Below, piece after piece: positions 43,467 to 51,723 of a stretch of 64,000 nucleotides of DNA. The notes beneath the pieces are model-generated. The model saw only the letters and a list, made by a program, of their open reading frames with translations, did not search any database and was not told the DNA's origin. Source of the stretch: Pseudomonadota bacterium (GTDB taxonomy: Bacteria; Pseudomonadota; Gammaproteobacteria; Burkholderiales; SG8-39); the NCBI GenBank assembly GCA_040752005.1, contig JBFMFX010000015.1:504-64503 (forward strand), in the 5' to 3' direction. The stretch's first letter is position 1. Each line of letters opens with the position of its first letter. Both the position numbers and the translations under genes were made by a program.

Positions 43467-43680
43467 ATGAAGTTCCGCACTCTCGCCGCCGCGCCGGCGA
43501 TCGCGCAGGACATCGAGCTGACGCCGACGCTCGCTTTCGCCGCCTACGAGACCGGCTCGAGCGGCTTCAACATGGCGGCGGCGACCGGCAAGAGCATCGA
43601 GGACCGGCACGGCACCGACGTGTGCGTGCCGGCTGCAGGTGACGGCGTCGCATGCCTTGCGCGAAGCGGATCTCTCGAAG
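43467..43680 (+). pseudogene. N-terminal fragment of a TAXI-family TRAP solute receptor
   Basis: AAYETGSSGFNMAAA...HGTDV..PAAGDGVA resembles TAXI receptor N-termini; ends in IS debris. Confidence 0.55.
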
Positions 43681-43699
43681 CCGGAAACGAGCCGTACCA

Positions 43700-43822
43700 C
43701 TGCCAGCGCTCAGGCGCGCGCAGGTGCTGGCCGAGATCCTCGAACAGGTCGGCGTCGAGCACCTCCTCGCGAAAGGTCCGTTTGAAGCATGATATAGGCG
43801 GGTGATCGGGCTTGCCGGGTCG
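43700..43822 (-). mobile_element. IS3-family transposase (rve core) fragment
   Basis: IRPGKP....FKRTFREEVLDADLFEDL resembles IS3 PGKPxxNAxIExFNRTxREEVLD. Confidence 0.6.
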
Positions 43823-44035
43823 AATGAGCGCGCGATCCGCCCGATCGCCCTCGGGCGAAAGCGCTGGCTCTTCGCCGGCTCCGATCGCGGTGCGCGCGCC
43901 GCGGCGATCGCCTTCTCGCGCATCCAGACCTGCAAGCGGCACGCGGCGGAACCCCTCGCTTACCTGGCCGACGGGCTGCGCCGGCTCCCCAGCCACCCGA
44001 TCAACCGACTCGCCGAACTCCTGCCCTTGCGCTGC
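43823..44035 (+). mobile_element. IS66 TnpC C-terminal fragment
   Basis: ERAIRPIALGRKRWLFAGSDRGA...IQTCK...PLAYLAD.L.RLPSHPINRLAELLP. Confidence 0.85.
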
Positions 44036-44069
44036 CAGTCCGCCGCTCAAGCACCGCCTCCCCGTATGC

Positions 44070-44163
44070 GCCTGACGTCCGCAGCCACCGGCGCGCGCCG
44101 GCCACTGACCGCTTGCAAGGCGTTGCGGTGATGCGCGCGTCTGCTTGGGCTGCGTTGTCAAAC
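44070..44163 (-). repeat. attC-like site 2 (non-canonical core)
   Basis: R''=GTTTGAC 10 nt after the antitoxin stop; R'=GTCAGGC; inner arms GCAGCC/GGCTGC and CGCGCGC/GCGCGCG; 94 bp. Confidence 0.65.
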
Positions 44164-44173
44164 CGCGCCAAAG

Positions 44174-44485
44174 TCATGCGACGAGTTTGCGTACAACTTT
44201 TGGGTGTTTCTCGGCGACTTTGATCAACGTCCGAGCGGCCGCGCTCGGCTCGCGCCGCCCCTGTTCCCACTCTTGGAGCGTGCGAACGAACACGCCCAGG
44301 AGCCTCGCAAATTGCGACTGCGACAATCCGGACTTCTCTCAGGCGCGCACGATCGCGAACGAATCCACGGTGAACTTGCGGCCGATGCGGCCGGCCTTGA
44401 TGTCGCGAATGCCTTGGAGGATCTCCGCTCCGATGTTTCGCGACTTTTCCCGGTTCGCGAGCTTGCGGCCAGCGGGTTTCTTCAT
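44174..44485 (-). pseudogene. HigA-type XRE HTH antitoxin with an in-frame TGA
   Basis: MKKPAGRK...IGAEILQGIRDIKAG...VRA*EKSGLSQSQFARLLGVFVRTLQEWEQGRREPS; stop at 44339-44341. Confidence 0.82.
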
Positions 44486-44684
44486 CGTCAATGGCCTCTT
44501 TCATCTGCTTCAGCACGTGCGCGGGGATGTTCTCACGCACGTTCCTTCCATAGAGCGTGAGCATCCAGATCTCGGTACGCGATCTGCGGGGGTAATAGAT
44601 CACGCGCAAACCGCCGTGCCTGCCACGACCTGCGGCACCCCAACGCATCTTGCGCACGCCGAGAGAGCCCGGCAGCAGGGTCCC
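44478..44684 (-). pseudogene. HigB-2/RelE-like toxin lacking its N-terminus
   Basis: LLPGSLGVRKMRW..GRGRHGGLRVIYY....EIWMLTLY.RN; no start codon or N-terminal region after the cassette boundary. Confidence 0.78.
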
Positions 44685-44704
44685 CGTCAATCGGTTTTGG
44701 CGCG

Positions 44705-44793
44705 GTTTGACGTGGAGCCGACCGGCATGCGCGGCATCTACATTTGCAGAGCACTGCCGCGTCGCGCGCGTCCGCCTTGGCGCCAGGTCAAAC
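44705..44793 (-). repeat. attC-like site 1 (non-canonical core)
   Basis: R''=GTTTGAC 6 nt after the cassette ORF stop; R'=GTCAAAC; 10-bp terminal IR gcgGTTTGAC/GTCAAACcgc; inner hairpin GCGGCA...TGCCGC; 89 bp. Confidence 0.7.
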
Positions 44794-44799
44794 CGCACT

Positions 44800-45051
44800 T
44801 TACGAGGCGGGCGTAACCATCGTTGTTGCGCAAACGCTGCATCGCCAGATCTTGGCTTTTGCGACCAAACCAACGGGGTGAATCGTCTGATTTCCGCACG
44901 TGATGCACTTGTATCCCTTCCGCGGCCTGCCTGCGGACGGTTGATCGTAGGACGACCACCAAACCGAGGTACACGAACCGCAATGGTATGCACCCTTCTC
45001 GTACCTCCCGCTCTGTTTCCCACACTCCGGACATCTGTGGCCTTTGGACAT
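44800..45051 (-). CDS. Integron cassette protein, 83 aa, double zinc-ribbon (4x CxxC), function unknown
   Basis: CPEC, CGSC, CITC, CSVC; GAGG RBS; visibly lower GC; fills the space between attI and attC1. Confidence 0.75.
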   Translation of the reverse strand: MSKGHRCPECGKQSGRYEKGAYHCGSCTSVWWSSYDQPSAGRPRKGYKCITCGNQTIHPVGLVAKAKIWRCSVCATTMVTPAS

Positions 45052-45079
45052 CTATCCCACCTCTGGGCGAATTCGTGCG

Positions 45080-45125
45080 GTTTAACCGATAGATAACTGC
45101 GTAACTGCCCGACTATTAGACTCCC
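45080..45125 (-). other. attI-like recombination site
   Basis: Minus strand GCAGTTAC-GCAGTTAT-CTATCG-GTTAAAC (GTTRRRY core at 45080-45086 plus direct repeats), between intI and the first cassette. Confidence 0.6.
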
Positions 45126-45174
45126 GATCGCCCCTGGTTGTCATCCCCGGCCACGAATCGGGCGTTTCGCTAGA

Positions 45175-45190
45175 CTGTTCGGATATACAG
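45175..45190 (+). promoter_or_regulatory. LexA (SOS) box upstream of intI
   Basis: CTGT-TCGGATAT-ACAG, exact CTGT-N8-ACAG, 60 nt upstream of the ATG at 45251. Confidence 0.8.
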
Positions 45191-45250
45191 TACCGATCGA
45201 GGCCCGCCTTGCGGTTGCGCATGAGGTGTTATCCGGCGGGGGCGCGAAAC

Positions 45251-45545
45251 ATGAGCGACAAATCAACGCCTTGCGAGCTGGCGGCTAGAGGTGCGCCCCG
45301 CCCGCTCGATCGGGTCGTGGCCCGGATCCGCGAGAGGTATTACGGCCGCCGCACCGGCGAAGCTTGTGCGTACTGGATCCGCCAATTCATCTTGTTTCAC
45401 GATCGAAGGCATCCGCGCGAGATGGGCGACGCGGAGGTGATGGCCTTTCTCGACCATTTCGCGACCGAGCGAGACGTGTCCCCGGGAACGCAGAATCCGG
45501 CGCTCTGGGCGATCCTGTTTCTGTACAAGGAAGTGCTGGGCAGGT
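45251..45545 (+). pseudogene. intI: Integron integrase, N-terminal SAM-like domain only
   Basis: LDRVVARIRERYYGRRT..AYWIRQFILFHDRRHPREMG..EV.AFL.....RDVSPGTQN.AL.AILFLYKEVLG; catalytic domain absent. Confidence 0.85.
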
Positions 45546-46324
45546 CCCGTTTCTGCTGGAGGCTCGTGAGCGGGATGCATTCGGTTTGGCCGGCGCGGTG
45601 CGCTCGGCCTGAACACGGTTCAGGTGTGCGCCAAGCTGCTCGAGCTGCCTCGGGCTCGAAGGGCGTGATCACGGTGTGTTTCCCCCTCCGGCTTGCGCGA
45701 ATGAGCGCCGCATACTTGAGTTTCAACACGGCGCGCTCGCCAAAGGCGTGAGAAATGACCTTCGTTCGTCGGTCTTCTTCGCCAAAGAGCCGCTCAAGGT
45801 GGTTGGTCGTGCGCGCCGCACGCCGGTGCGCGATCGGCGGCTCAAGATCCGCGATGCACGCCTCGAAGTCCTCCAGTAAGCCGGCCAGTGCGCTCAGGTA
45901 GTCGCGCTGGTACGCGGCAACAGATCATCACTGGCCATCTGCGCGGTTTTCGGACTGCCGGCCTGGTAGGCGGCAAGCGGAGCAGCCTTGCGCTCGCGCC
46001 AGACTTCGGCGGACACCCTGGATTCGAGGTTGCGGATCTCGTGCGCCGGGCGCCTCTGCCCAGGCTGCGAGGAAATCCCTCTTCGAGGGCACGAATCCAC
46101 CCCCTCGGCGCCTTCGGTTGCTTCTCGGCGCGGGCTGACCGCGCTCGAAGTCGCCGCGCCCGAGCGCGTCCGGCTGCGCCCCCTTCGAGCGCCTCCTCCA
46201 CGATCAGCCGTGCCGCCTGGCGCACCAGGCGCTGTGATCGGCCGGGACCTTTCCAGCAAGCGTGTCTTTCGATTCGTTGCGCGTGCTCTCGGGAGCCGGT
46301 ACTCCGGCATCGGAATTGGGACTT
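45543..46324 (-). mobile_element. Degenerate, internally deleted IS256-family element interrupting intI
   Basis: Frameshifted pieces VRQAARLIVEEALE, IRALEEGFPRS, LLEDFEACIA, RTTNHLERLF.E..RRTKVI.HAFGERAVLKL; imperfect terminal IRs GTCCC...GGAG. Confidence 0.75.
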
Positions 46325-46628
46325 CAATATGAGGCCGCGCTTGAAGCCGCGGCCGCGTCGAGTGCCTGCATCCCGCCCTCGACACGCGCGTTTGCTTCGT
46401 CCGTTGCGGGCGTGCCTTGCGCCCTGCTCGTCGGCCCGGGCGGCGTGGCGATCACGGTACCCGGCCGCCGGGCCAGGCGGGCCGATCGAGGTCACGGGCC
46501 GGGGATGGGACGAGGAGCCTACCGTCCTTCTTTCGCGCCTCGCGATCCCGGATGCTCGACGGCATGGTCAGGACCGGCAAACCTCGGGAGAACTGGCTCC
46601 GCGACGCTTGCCTGCCTGAGACAGTTGC

Positions 46629-47102
46629 TCAGCGAACGCCGAACACGCGGTCGAGCGACACCGGGCCGGCACCGCGCCCCGCGAGGTAGAGCAGCAGCCC
46701 GGCCCATGACAGATGAGTCGGCCATGCCGCCGGGTAGACGAAGACCTGGATCACCGCGGTCATCCCGAGCAGCGCGAGCGCCGAGAGGCGCGTGCAGAGC
46801 CCGAGCACGAGCAGGATCGGGAACAGGTGCTCGGCGTAGGTTGCAAGGTGCGCGGCGAGCTCGGGCGGCAGGCCCGGCACCTTGTACTCGTCGGCGAAGA
46901 GCGCGACCGCCGAGTCACTCACGGTCAGCCAGCCTTCGACTTTCGTGCGCCCGGAGGTGAAGAAGATGCCGGCGATCGCAAAGCGCGCGGCAAGGGCGAG
47001 GAGCGAGTGCCCGATCCAGCGCTCGAGCGTGTCCGCGGCGCGATTCCAGGCCGCGCGCAGCCTGCGCGAGCCGGAAGCGGTCGAACCCGCTGCGGTCGTC
47101 AT
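46629..47102 (-). CDS. DoxX-family membrane protein (BufD-like)
   Basis: FFTSGRTK, EHLFPILLVLGLCTRLSA, WPTHLSW. Confidence 0.88.
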   Translation of the reverse strand: MTTAAGSTASGSRRLRAAWNRAADTLERWIGHSLLALAARFAIAGIFFTSGRTKVEGWLTVSDSAVALFADEYKVPGLPPELAAHLATYAEHLFPILLVLGLCTRLSALALLGMTAVIQVFVYPAAWPTHLSWAGLLLYLAGRGAGPVSLDRVFGVR

Positions 47103-47902
47103 CGTGTGGGGCCCTTCGGTGCGCGATCGGGGCTGTCCATCGGCCCAAAGGCGCCGGCTTCGAGCAGCTGCGCCATGAGGCGCGCCAGGTCCGCCTCGCC
47201 GTCCACCGCCAGGGCGGCTGCCGCCGCCTCGCCCAGCGTCCTGCCGGCCGCACACGCGTCGAGGAACGCACAGCCTGCGACATCCAGGCCGACGCTCTCG
47301 ACGGTGCCGCGGGCGCGCACGACGAGCACGCCTTCCCCGCGCCAGTCGATCTCGGTCTCGCCGCCTTCGAGCGGATATCGGTTGCGCCGCCAGATGGTGG
47401 CGATGGGCTGCGCGTCGAACCACGCCCAGCGCGCGCTGGCGTGCGGCCGCAATACCGTGCGCGCGAGTTGCTCGGGACCCAGTCGCGCGACCGCGGCCGG
47501 ATCGGCCGGCGCCTCGTCGGGCGCGACATGGGCCTCGGTCCAAAACCGGTCGACGCGCGCCACTCCCGGGAGATACGGCAGGTCGGCCGCCGGCTCGAAC
47601 GCGGCGAGGAAATCGGCGAAGCCCCCCCCGTAGACCGCGAGCGTCGGCTGCCGGGGCAGACGGGTGCGCACGAAGATCGCCGCGGCCGCGCGAAACCACT
47701 CCTCGCCGACCAGGCGCGCAACCGACGGGTAGTTGGCCTGCAGCGCGTCGATGCAACCTTTCATCACGGTATTGCGGTAGACGGCAAAGCCCGGTTGCGC
47801 GGCCAGGCGCGCGATCTCCGGCGGGAGGTCGTCTGCGCGCGGCTCGGTCGCGAGCAGAGCGCGTGCGAAACCGTCCTGGAATTGCCGCAGCGCAGTGCTC
47901 AT
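47099..47902 (-). CDS. DUF2063 (BufC/HvfC-like) MNIO partner protein
   Basis: [36 protein letters not shown]. Confidence 0.88.
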   Translation of the reverse strand: MSTALRQFQDGFARALLATEPRADDLPPEIARLAAQPGFAVYRNTVMKGCIDALQANYPSVARLVGEEWFRAAAAIFVRTRLPRQPTLAVYGGGFADFLAAFEPAADLPYLPGVARVDRFWTEAHVAPDEAPADPAAVARLGPEQLARTVLRPHASARWAWFDAQPIATIWRRNRYPLEGGETEIDWRGEGVLVVRARGTVESVGLDVAGCAFLDACAAGRTLGEAAAAALAVDGEADLARLMAQLLEAGAFGPMDSPDRAPKGPTR

Positions 47903-48738
47903 ACCGCTTGTCGCAGGGGCCGGCCCAGCACGGTCTCGGCCCGCGCGCGCTCTTCCATCAGCGCGTCGAAGGCTGGAAGGTTGCCGTCACGCTCGATCAG
48001 CGTCGGGCGCGGGCCGATGCGCGCGATGAGCCGATCGTAGAGCGCCCACACCGCGGGATCGATCGGCGCATCGTGCGAGTCGACGAGGAGTCGCGGCCCG
48101 AGGCACGGATCGACGCTGTGCCCGGCGAGGTGGATCTCCGCGACGAGCGCGCCGGGAAAGGCGTCGACGTAGGCTTCCGCCGAGAGCCCGAGGTTGCGCG
48201 CCGATACGTACACGTTGTTGAGGTCGAGCAGCAGGGCGCACCCCGTGCGCCGCGCGAGCGCTGCGAGGAAGCCGATCTCGTCCCACTCGTGGCCCTCGAT
48301 CGCCAGATAGTGCGACGGATTCTCGAGCGCAATGCGGCGGCCAAGCACGTCCTGCGTGCGCTCGACGTTCTCCGCGATGCGCTGCAGCGCCGCGCTCGTG
48401 CGCGGGAACGGCAGCAGGTCGGGCCGGTATTCGCCCCGCCACGTCGACCAGGCCAGGTGCTCGGAGACGAGCGCGGGTTCGAAGCGCTCGACCAGCGCCG
48501 CGAGGCGCGCGAGGTGCGCAGCCTCCGGCGGCGCGTCCGCCGCGAGCGAGAGCGCGACGCCGTGCAGCGAGAGCGGATGGCGCGCGCGGATCGCCTCGAG
48601 CCAGGCGAGGCGAGGACCGCCCGCGACCATGTAGTTCTCGGCATGGACCTCGAACCACAACCCGTCCGCGGGCGCGGCGAGCGCGTCCTCGAAGTACTCG
48701 GGTTTCAGGCCAAGCCCGGCGGACGCAGCCGAGATCAT
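47899..48738 (-). CDS. DUF692 multinuclear non-heme iron oxidase (BufB-like)
   Basis: [46 protein letters not shown]. Confidence 0.93.
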   Translation of the reverse strand: MISAASAGLGLKPEYFEDALAAPADGLWFEVHAENYMVAGGPRLAWLEAIRARHPLSLHGVALSLAADAPPEAAHLARLAALVERFEPALVSEHLAWSTWRGEYRPDLLPFPRTSAALQRIAENVERTQDVLGRRIALENPSHYLAIEGHEWDEIGFLAALARRTGCALLLDLNNVYVSARNLGLSAEAYVDAFPGALVAEIHLAGHSVDPCLGPRLLVDSHDAPIDPAVWALYDRLIARIGPRPTLIERDGNLPAFDALMEERARAETVLGRPLRQAV

Positions 48739-48749
48739 CGCCGCCGGGG

Positions 48750-49034
48750 TCAGCTCTTGATCGGCGTGAGCGAGCCCATGCCCTTCGGCGTCTTGATCGT
48801 CGTACAGGTCCCCTTGGGGACGTACTTCCAGGCATCGCCCTGGTAGTCGGTCTTCGACGTGCCGGCGCAAGTGGTGCCCGGGCCGGCCTGACAGTCGTTC
48901 TTGCCCGCGAGCGAGACGCCATAACACTTCTCCTTCTCGCCCTTGATGGAGGCGCCCTTGTCCTGGGCCTGGACGGCGCCGGCGGCGAGTGCGGCGATGG
49001 CAAGGGCGGTGGCGGAAAGCGCAGTGCGATTCAT
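48750..49034 (-). CDS. DUF2282 bufferin-type precursor (BufA1-like)
   Basis: Signal peptide plus [14 protein letters not shown]...TTCAG...WKYVPKGTC (4 Cys). Confidence 0.9.
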   Translation of the reverse strand: MNRTALSATALAIAALAAGAVQAQDKGASIKGEKEKCYGVSLAGKNDCQAGPGTTCAGTSKTDYQGDAWKYVPKGTCTTIKTPKGMGSLTPIKS

Positions 49035-49096
49035 CGTGCTGACTCCTTGGTGAGGTTGGGTGCGACCGCGCCGGTGCGGCGGGGTCTGTGAGCTAG

Positions 49097-49122
49097 TTCG
49101 CGCCTCCCGGACATTCGGTTAC
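49097..49122 (-). promoter_or_regulatory. SigF (ECF16-type) promoter of the buf operon
   Basis: Minus strand GTAACC-N16-CGAA. Confidence 0.8.
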
Positions 49123-49162
49123 AGTTCATGGCGCGATCTGCGGCCGATCCGCCCGACGGTCT

Positions 49163-49188
49163 GTAACCGGAGCGCCTTCTTGAGCGAA
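49163..49188 (+). promoter_or_regulatory. SigF autoregulatory promoter
   Basis: GTAACC-N16-CGAA with the same CGAACTAGC -10 region as the divergent copy. Confidence 0.8.
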
Positions 49189-49205
49189 CTAGCGATGAGG
49201 ACTGA

Positions 49206-49751
49206 TTGACCGCGAGCGAGGACCAGCTCAAGGACCTCGCGGTGCGCGGCCTCGATGGCGACGCCGGGGCCTACCATCGGTTCTTGGTCGAGCTGAGCGC
49301 GCGCTTGCGCGCGTTTCTCCGCCGGCGCCTCCCGCACGCGCCGGAGGAGGTCGAGGACCTGGTGCAGGAGACGCTTTTGGCCATCCACAACCAGCGTCAC
49401 ACCTTCGACTCGGCGCAGCCGCTGACGCCCTGGGTGCATGCGATCGCCCGGTACAAGCTCGTCGATTTTTTTCGTCGGCGGTCGCGGGAGAACCTTACGC
49501 TCGAACCGCTGGACGGCGAGCTCGATTGCCTCTCGACCGCGGATACCGACGCCGCCGAGGCGCGGCGCGACCTCGCGAAGCTGCTCGACGCGCTGCCCGA
49601 GCGGCAGCGCCTGCCGATCGTCTACGTGAAAGTGCAGGGGCTCTCTGTCGTCGAGGCCGCTCGCCTCACCGGCATGTCGGAGTCGGCGGTGAAGGTCGCC
49701 GTGCACCGCGGCCTCAAGGCGCTCGCAGCCATGATCCGGGACGCGACGTGA
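49206..49751 (+). CDS. sigF: ECF sigma factor (SigF/ECF16 type)
   Basis: [35 protein letters not shown]. Confidence 0.88.
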   Translation: MTASEDQLKDLAVRGLDGDAGAYHRFLVELSARLRAFLRRRLPHAPEEVEDLVQETLLAIHNQRHTFDSAQPLTPWVHAIARYKLVDFFRRRSRENLTLEPLDGELDCLSTADTDAAEARRDLAKLLDALPERQRLPIVYVKVQGLSVVEAARLTGMSESAVKVAVHRGLKALAAMIRDAT

Positions 49752-50389
49752 AGACCGACGAGCTCGCGCGCCTGCTCGCGACCGGTGTCGAGAGGGTCGA
49801 CCGCCGGGCTCCACTGCGCCGTGCGGGCATTGCCGTAGCCCTGGGCGTGCTGCTCGCCGGCGCGCTGATGGCGGGCTGGCTCGGCGTTCGCACGACGCTC
49901 GGTGAGGACGCAGGGGCGCCGATGCTGTGGGTCAAGTTCGCGTTCGTGGCCTGGCTCGCTGCGGCGGGGGCGATCGCGGCGCTGGGCCTCGCACGACCAG
50001 GCGTACGGCTCGCACGGGCGCCGGTGGCGCTTGCAGCGCCGGTGCTCGGAATGTGGGTCCTCGCCGGGATCGTTCTCGCTGGCGCGGATGCGCCGGAGCG
50101 CGCGACGCTCCTGCTCGGGCAGACGTGGTCCACATGCCCGTTCAACATCGCGGTGCTGTCGCTGCCGGTGCTTGCCGCGGCGCTGTGGGGCATGCGGGGC
50201 TTCGCGCCGACGCACCTTGCGTGGGCCGGCGGTGCGTCGGGCCTCTTCGCCGGGGCGGTCGGGGCGTTCGTGTACGCTTTCCACTGCCCGGAGCTCGCAG
50301 CACCGTTCCTGGGTCTTTGGTACGTCCTCGGCATGCTGGTTCCCGCGGCGCTCGGCGCGCTCGTCGGGCCGCGCGTGCTGCGCTGGTAG
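49748..50389 (+). CDS. nrsF: Anti-sigma factor NrsF (DUF1109)
   Basis: KTDEL, conserved C and HC (YAFHCPE), WY, GPRVLRW. Confidence 0.88.
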   Translation: MKTDELARLLATGVERVDRRAPLRRAGIAVALGVLLAGALMAGWLGVRTTLGEDAGAPMLWVKFAFVAWLAAAGAIAALGLARPGVRLARAPVALAAPVLGMWVLAGIVLAGADAPERATLLLGQTWSTCPFNIAVLSLPVLAAALWGMRGFAPTHLAWAGGASGLFAGAVGAFVYAFHCPELAAPFLGLWYVLGMLVPAALGALVGPRVLRW

Positions 50390-50418
50390 AGCGCCACTGC
50401 GGACGCGGGCCTGCCGCG

Positions 50419-50620
50419 TCACCTCGGTGGCACGGCCCGCAGATAGATCGCGGAGTTGCGCGCCGGAATGACGCGTTCGGGCTTGCCGTCGCGCATGTCG
50501 GACCCTTGCGACACGACGTGTGTCCCCGGTTTCAGCTCGTCGATCAGCCCGCGGCGTGGCTGCAAGTGGATCCGCGGCAGCAGTTGGTGTGTCGCCGCAG
50601 CGGCCGCGAGCGCGGCGCGC
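50419..50620 (-). pseudogene. Decayed C-terminal fragment of a class I SAM methyltransferase
   Basis: LLPRIHLQPRRGLIDELKPGTHVVSQGSDMRDGKPE aligns with LLPALNLKLRPQILAMRPGTRIVSHSFTMDDWEPD of 34329-35159. Confidence 0.55.
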
Positions 50621-50790
50621 GGCTTCGCGTATTGCCATCCGTACCAGACATCATGCGGAGGGCCGGCAATGACTCTCCTGCACGGCCCTGTGGTCGAGCT
50701 GCTTCGCACGCGCCGCACACCGCTCGTCGCTGTTTCCCCCGTGATCGTCCAGCCGCGCCTGGTTCGGTCTAGAAGCAAGCTCTCGGCGCT

Positions 50791-51723
50791 TTACAGCTGA
50801 TCCGGCGTCTGCTCGACGACGAGACGCTCGCCCGAGAGCGTCGCGCGCAGCCAGCGAATGTGGGGCGAACCCCACACCTCGATGCGGCGCAGGCCCGGCA
50901 GCGGCTCGTCGTCCTTGAAGCGGTGGGTGTCGCCGTGAACCAGAGCCACGCGCCCGGGCATCGTCTCGGCGAGGCGCGCAAGGCGTGCGCGCAGCACCTC
51001 GTAGCCGTCGCCGCCGGCGCGCGGCCGCACGAATGGGTTCGCCTGCATGAGAATGACGAGGAAGGCGCGGTTGCGCGCGATCGCCTCGGCTTCGCCGAGC
51101 CAGGCGAGCACCGCCTGCATGCGCTCGCCGGTCTCCAGCGGATCGCGGCCGAGGTTGTTGTGGCTCCCCGGGACATTCAGGCCGACGAACACCGCGCCGC
51201 CCGCCTCCCAGCGCACGTGCTCGCAGTACTTGCCCGGCTGGCGCGCGAACGAGGCAAGCGGCACCGGAACGCAGAAAAGGCTGCGCCACTTCGCGAGCCG
51301 CTCCAGCGGGTCGAATCCGGTGCGGTGGCAGTCGGTCCAGTCATTGTCCCCGGGAAGCAGCACGAACGGGTGGCGGAGGCGCGCGAACTGTCGCGCGCGC
51401 GCCTCGAGCCACTCGTCGGTGCAGGGACCGCGGCCCGAGGTGATGTCGCCGACGTGCGCGACGAAGGCGAGCGTCTCGGTGTTCATGCGCTCGATCTCGG
51501 CGTCGAGCAGGTTCGCCTGCGGCTGCGAATACGGCACGTCACCCAGCAGCGCGAAACGCAGCGCCTCGCGCGGCGGCTGCGGCGCGGCGCAGCCGCCCGC
51601 AACCAGCACCGCAAAGATCAGAGTCAGACCACGTTTTCCGGTCCCCGGCCGAATGCCGCCGGCTCGAGCAAAAACGGGTCTGATCCTGTTTTCAGAGGCC
51701 GTAGGCTTTTCTGAGGAGGGCAA
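50791..51723 (-). CDS. Calcineurin-like metallophosphoesterase lipoprotein (start uncertain)
   Basis: Lipobox VAGGC; GDVPY, HVGD, PGDNDWTDCHR, HGDTH. Confidence 0.8.
   Translation of the reverse strand: MPSSEKPTASENRIRPVFARAGGIRPGTGKRGLTLIFAVLVAGGCAAPQPPREALRFALLGDVPYSQPQANLLDAEIERMNTETLAFVAHVGDITSGRGPCTDEWLEARARQFARLRHPFVLLPGDNDWTDCHRTGFDPLERLAKWRSLFCVPVPLASFARQPGKYCEHVRWEAGGAVFVGLNVPGSHNNLGRDPLETGERMQAVLAWLGEAEAIARNRAFLVILMQANPFVRPRAGGDGYEVLRARLARLAETMPGRVALVHGDTHRFKDDEPLPGLRRIEVWGSPHIRWLRATLSGERLVVEQTPDQL
51613..51692. repeat. Pair of REP-like GGTCTGAC palindromes in opposite orientation
   Basis: AAAACGGGTCTGATCCTGTTTT (51671-51692, plus strand) and AAAACGTGGTCTGACTC (minus strand, 51621-51637). 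Confidence 0.45.

Noticed and set aside
44339-44341. In-frame TGA in the antitoxin as selenocysteine or programmed readthrough
   Set aside because: The position is not a Cys site (likely CGA Arg to TGA), no SECIS is evident, and neighbouring genes are also decayed.
44001-45023. 340-aa ORF as one real gene
   Set aside because: It crosses the cassette boundaries; only the central HigB-like segment is protein-like.
46325-46628. Possible continuation of intI beyond the IS256 remnant
   Set aside because: No recognisable integrase catalytic motifs in any frame; left unassigned.
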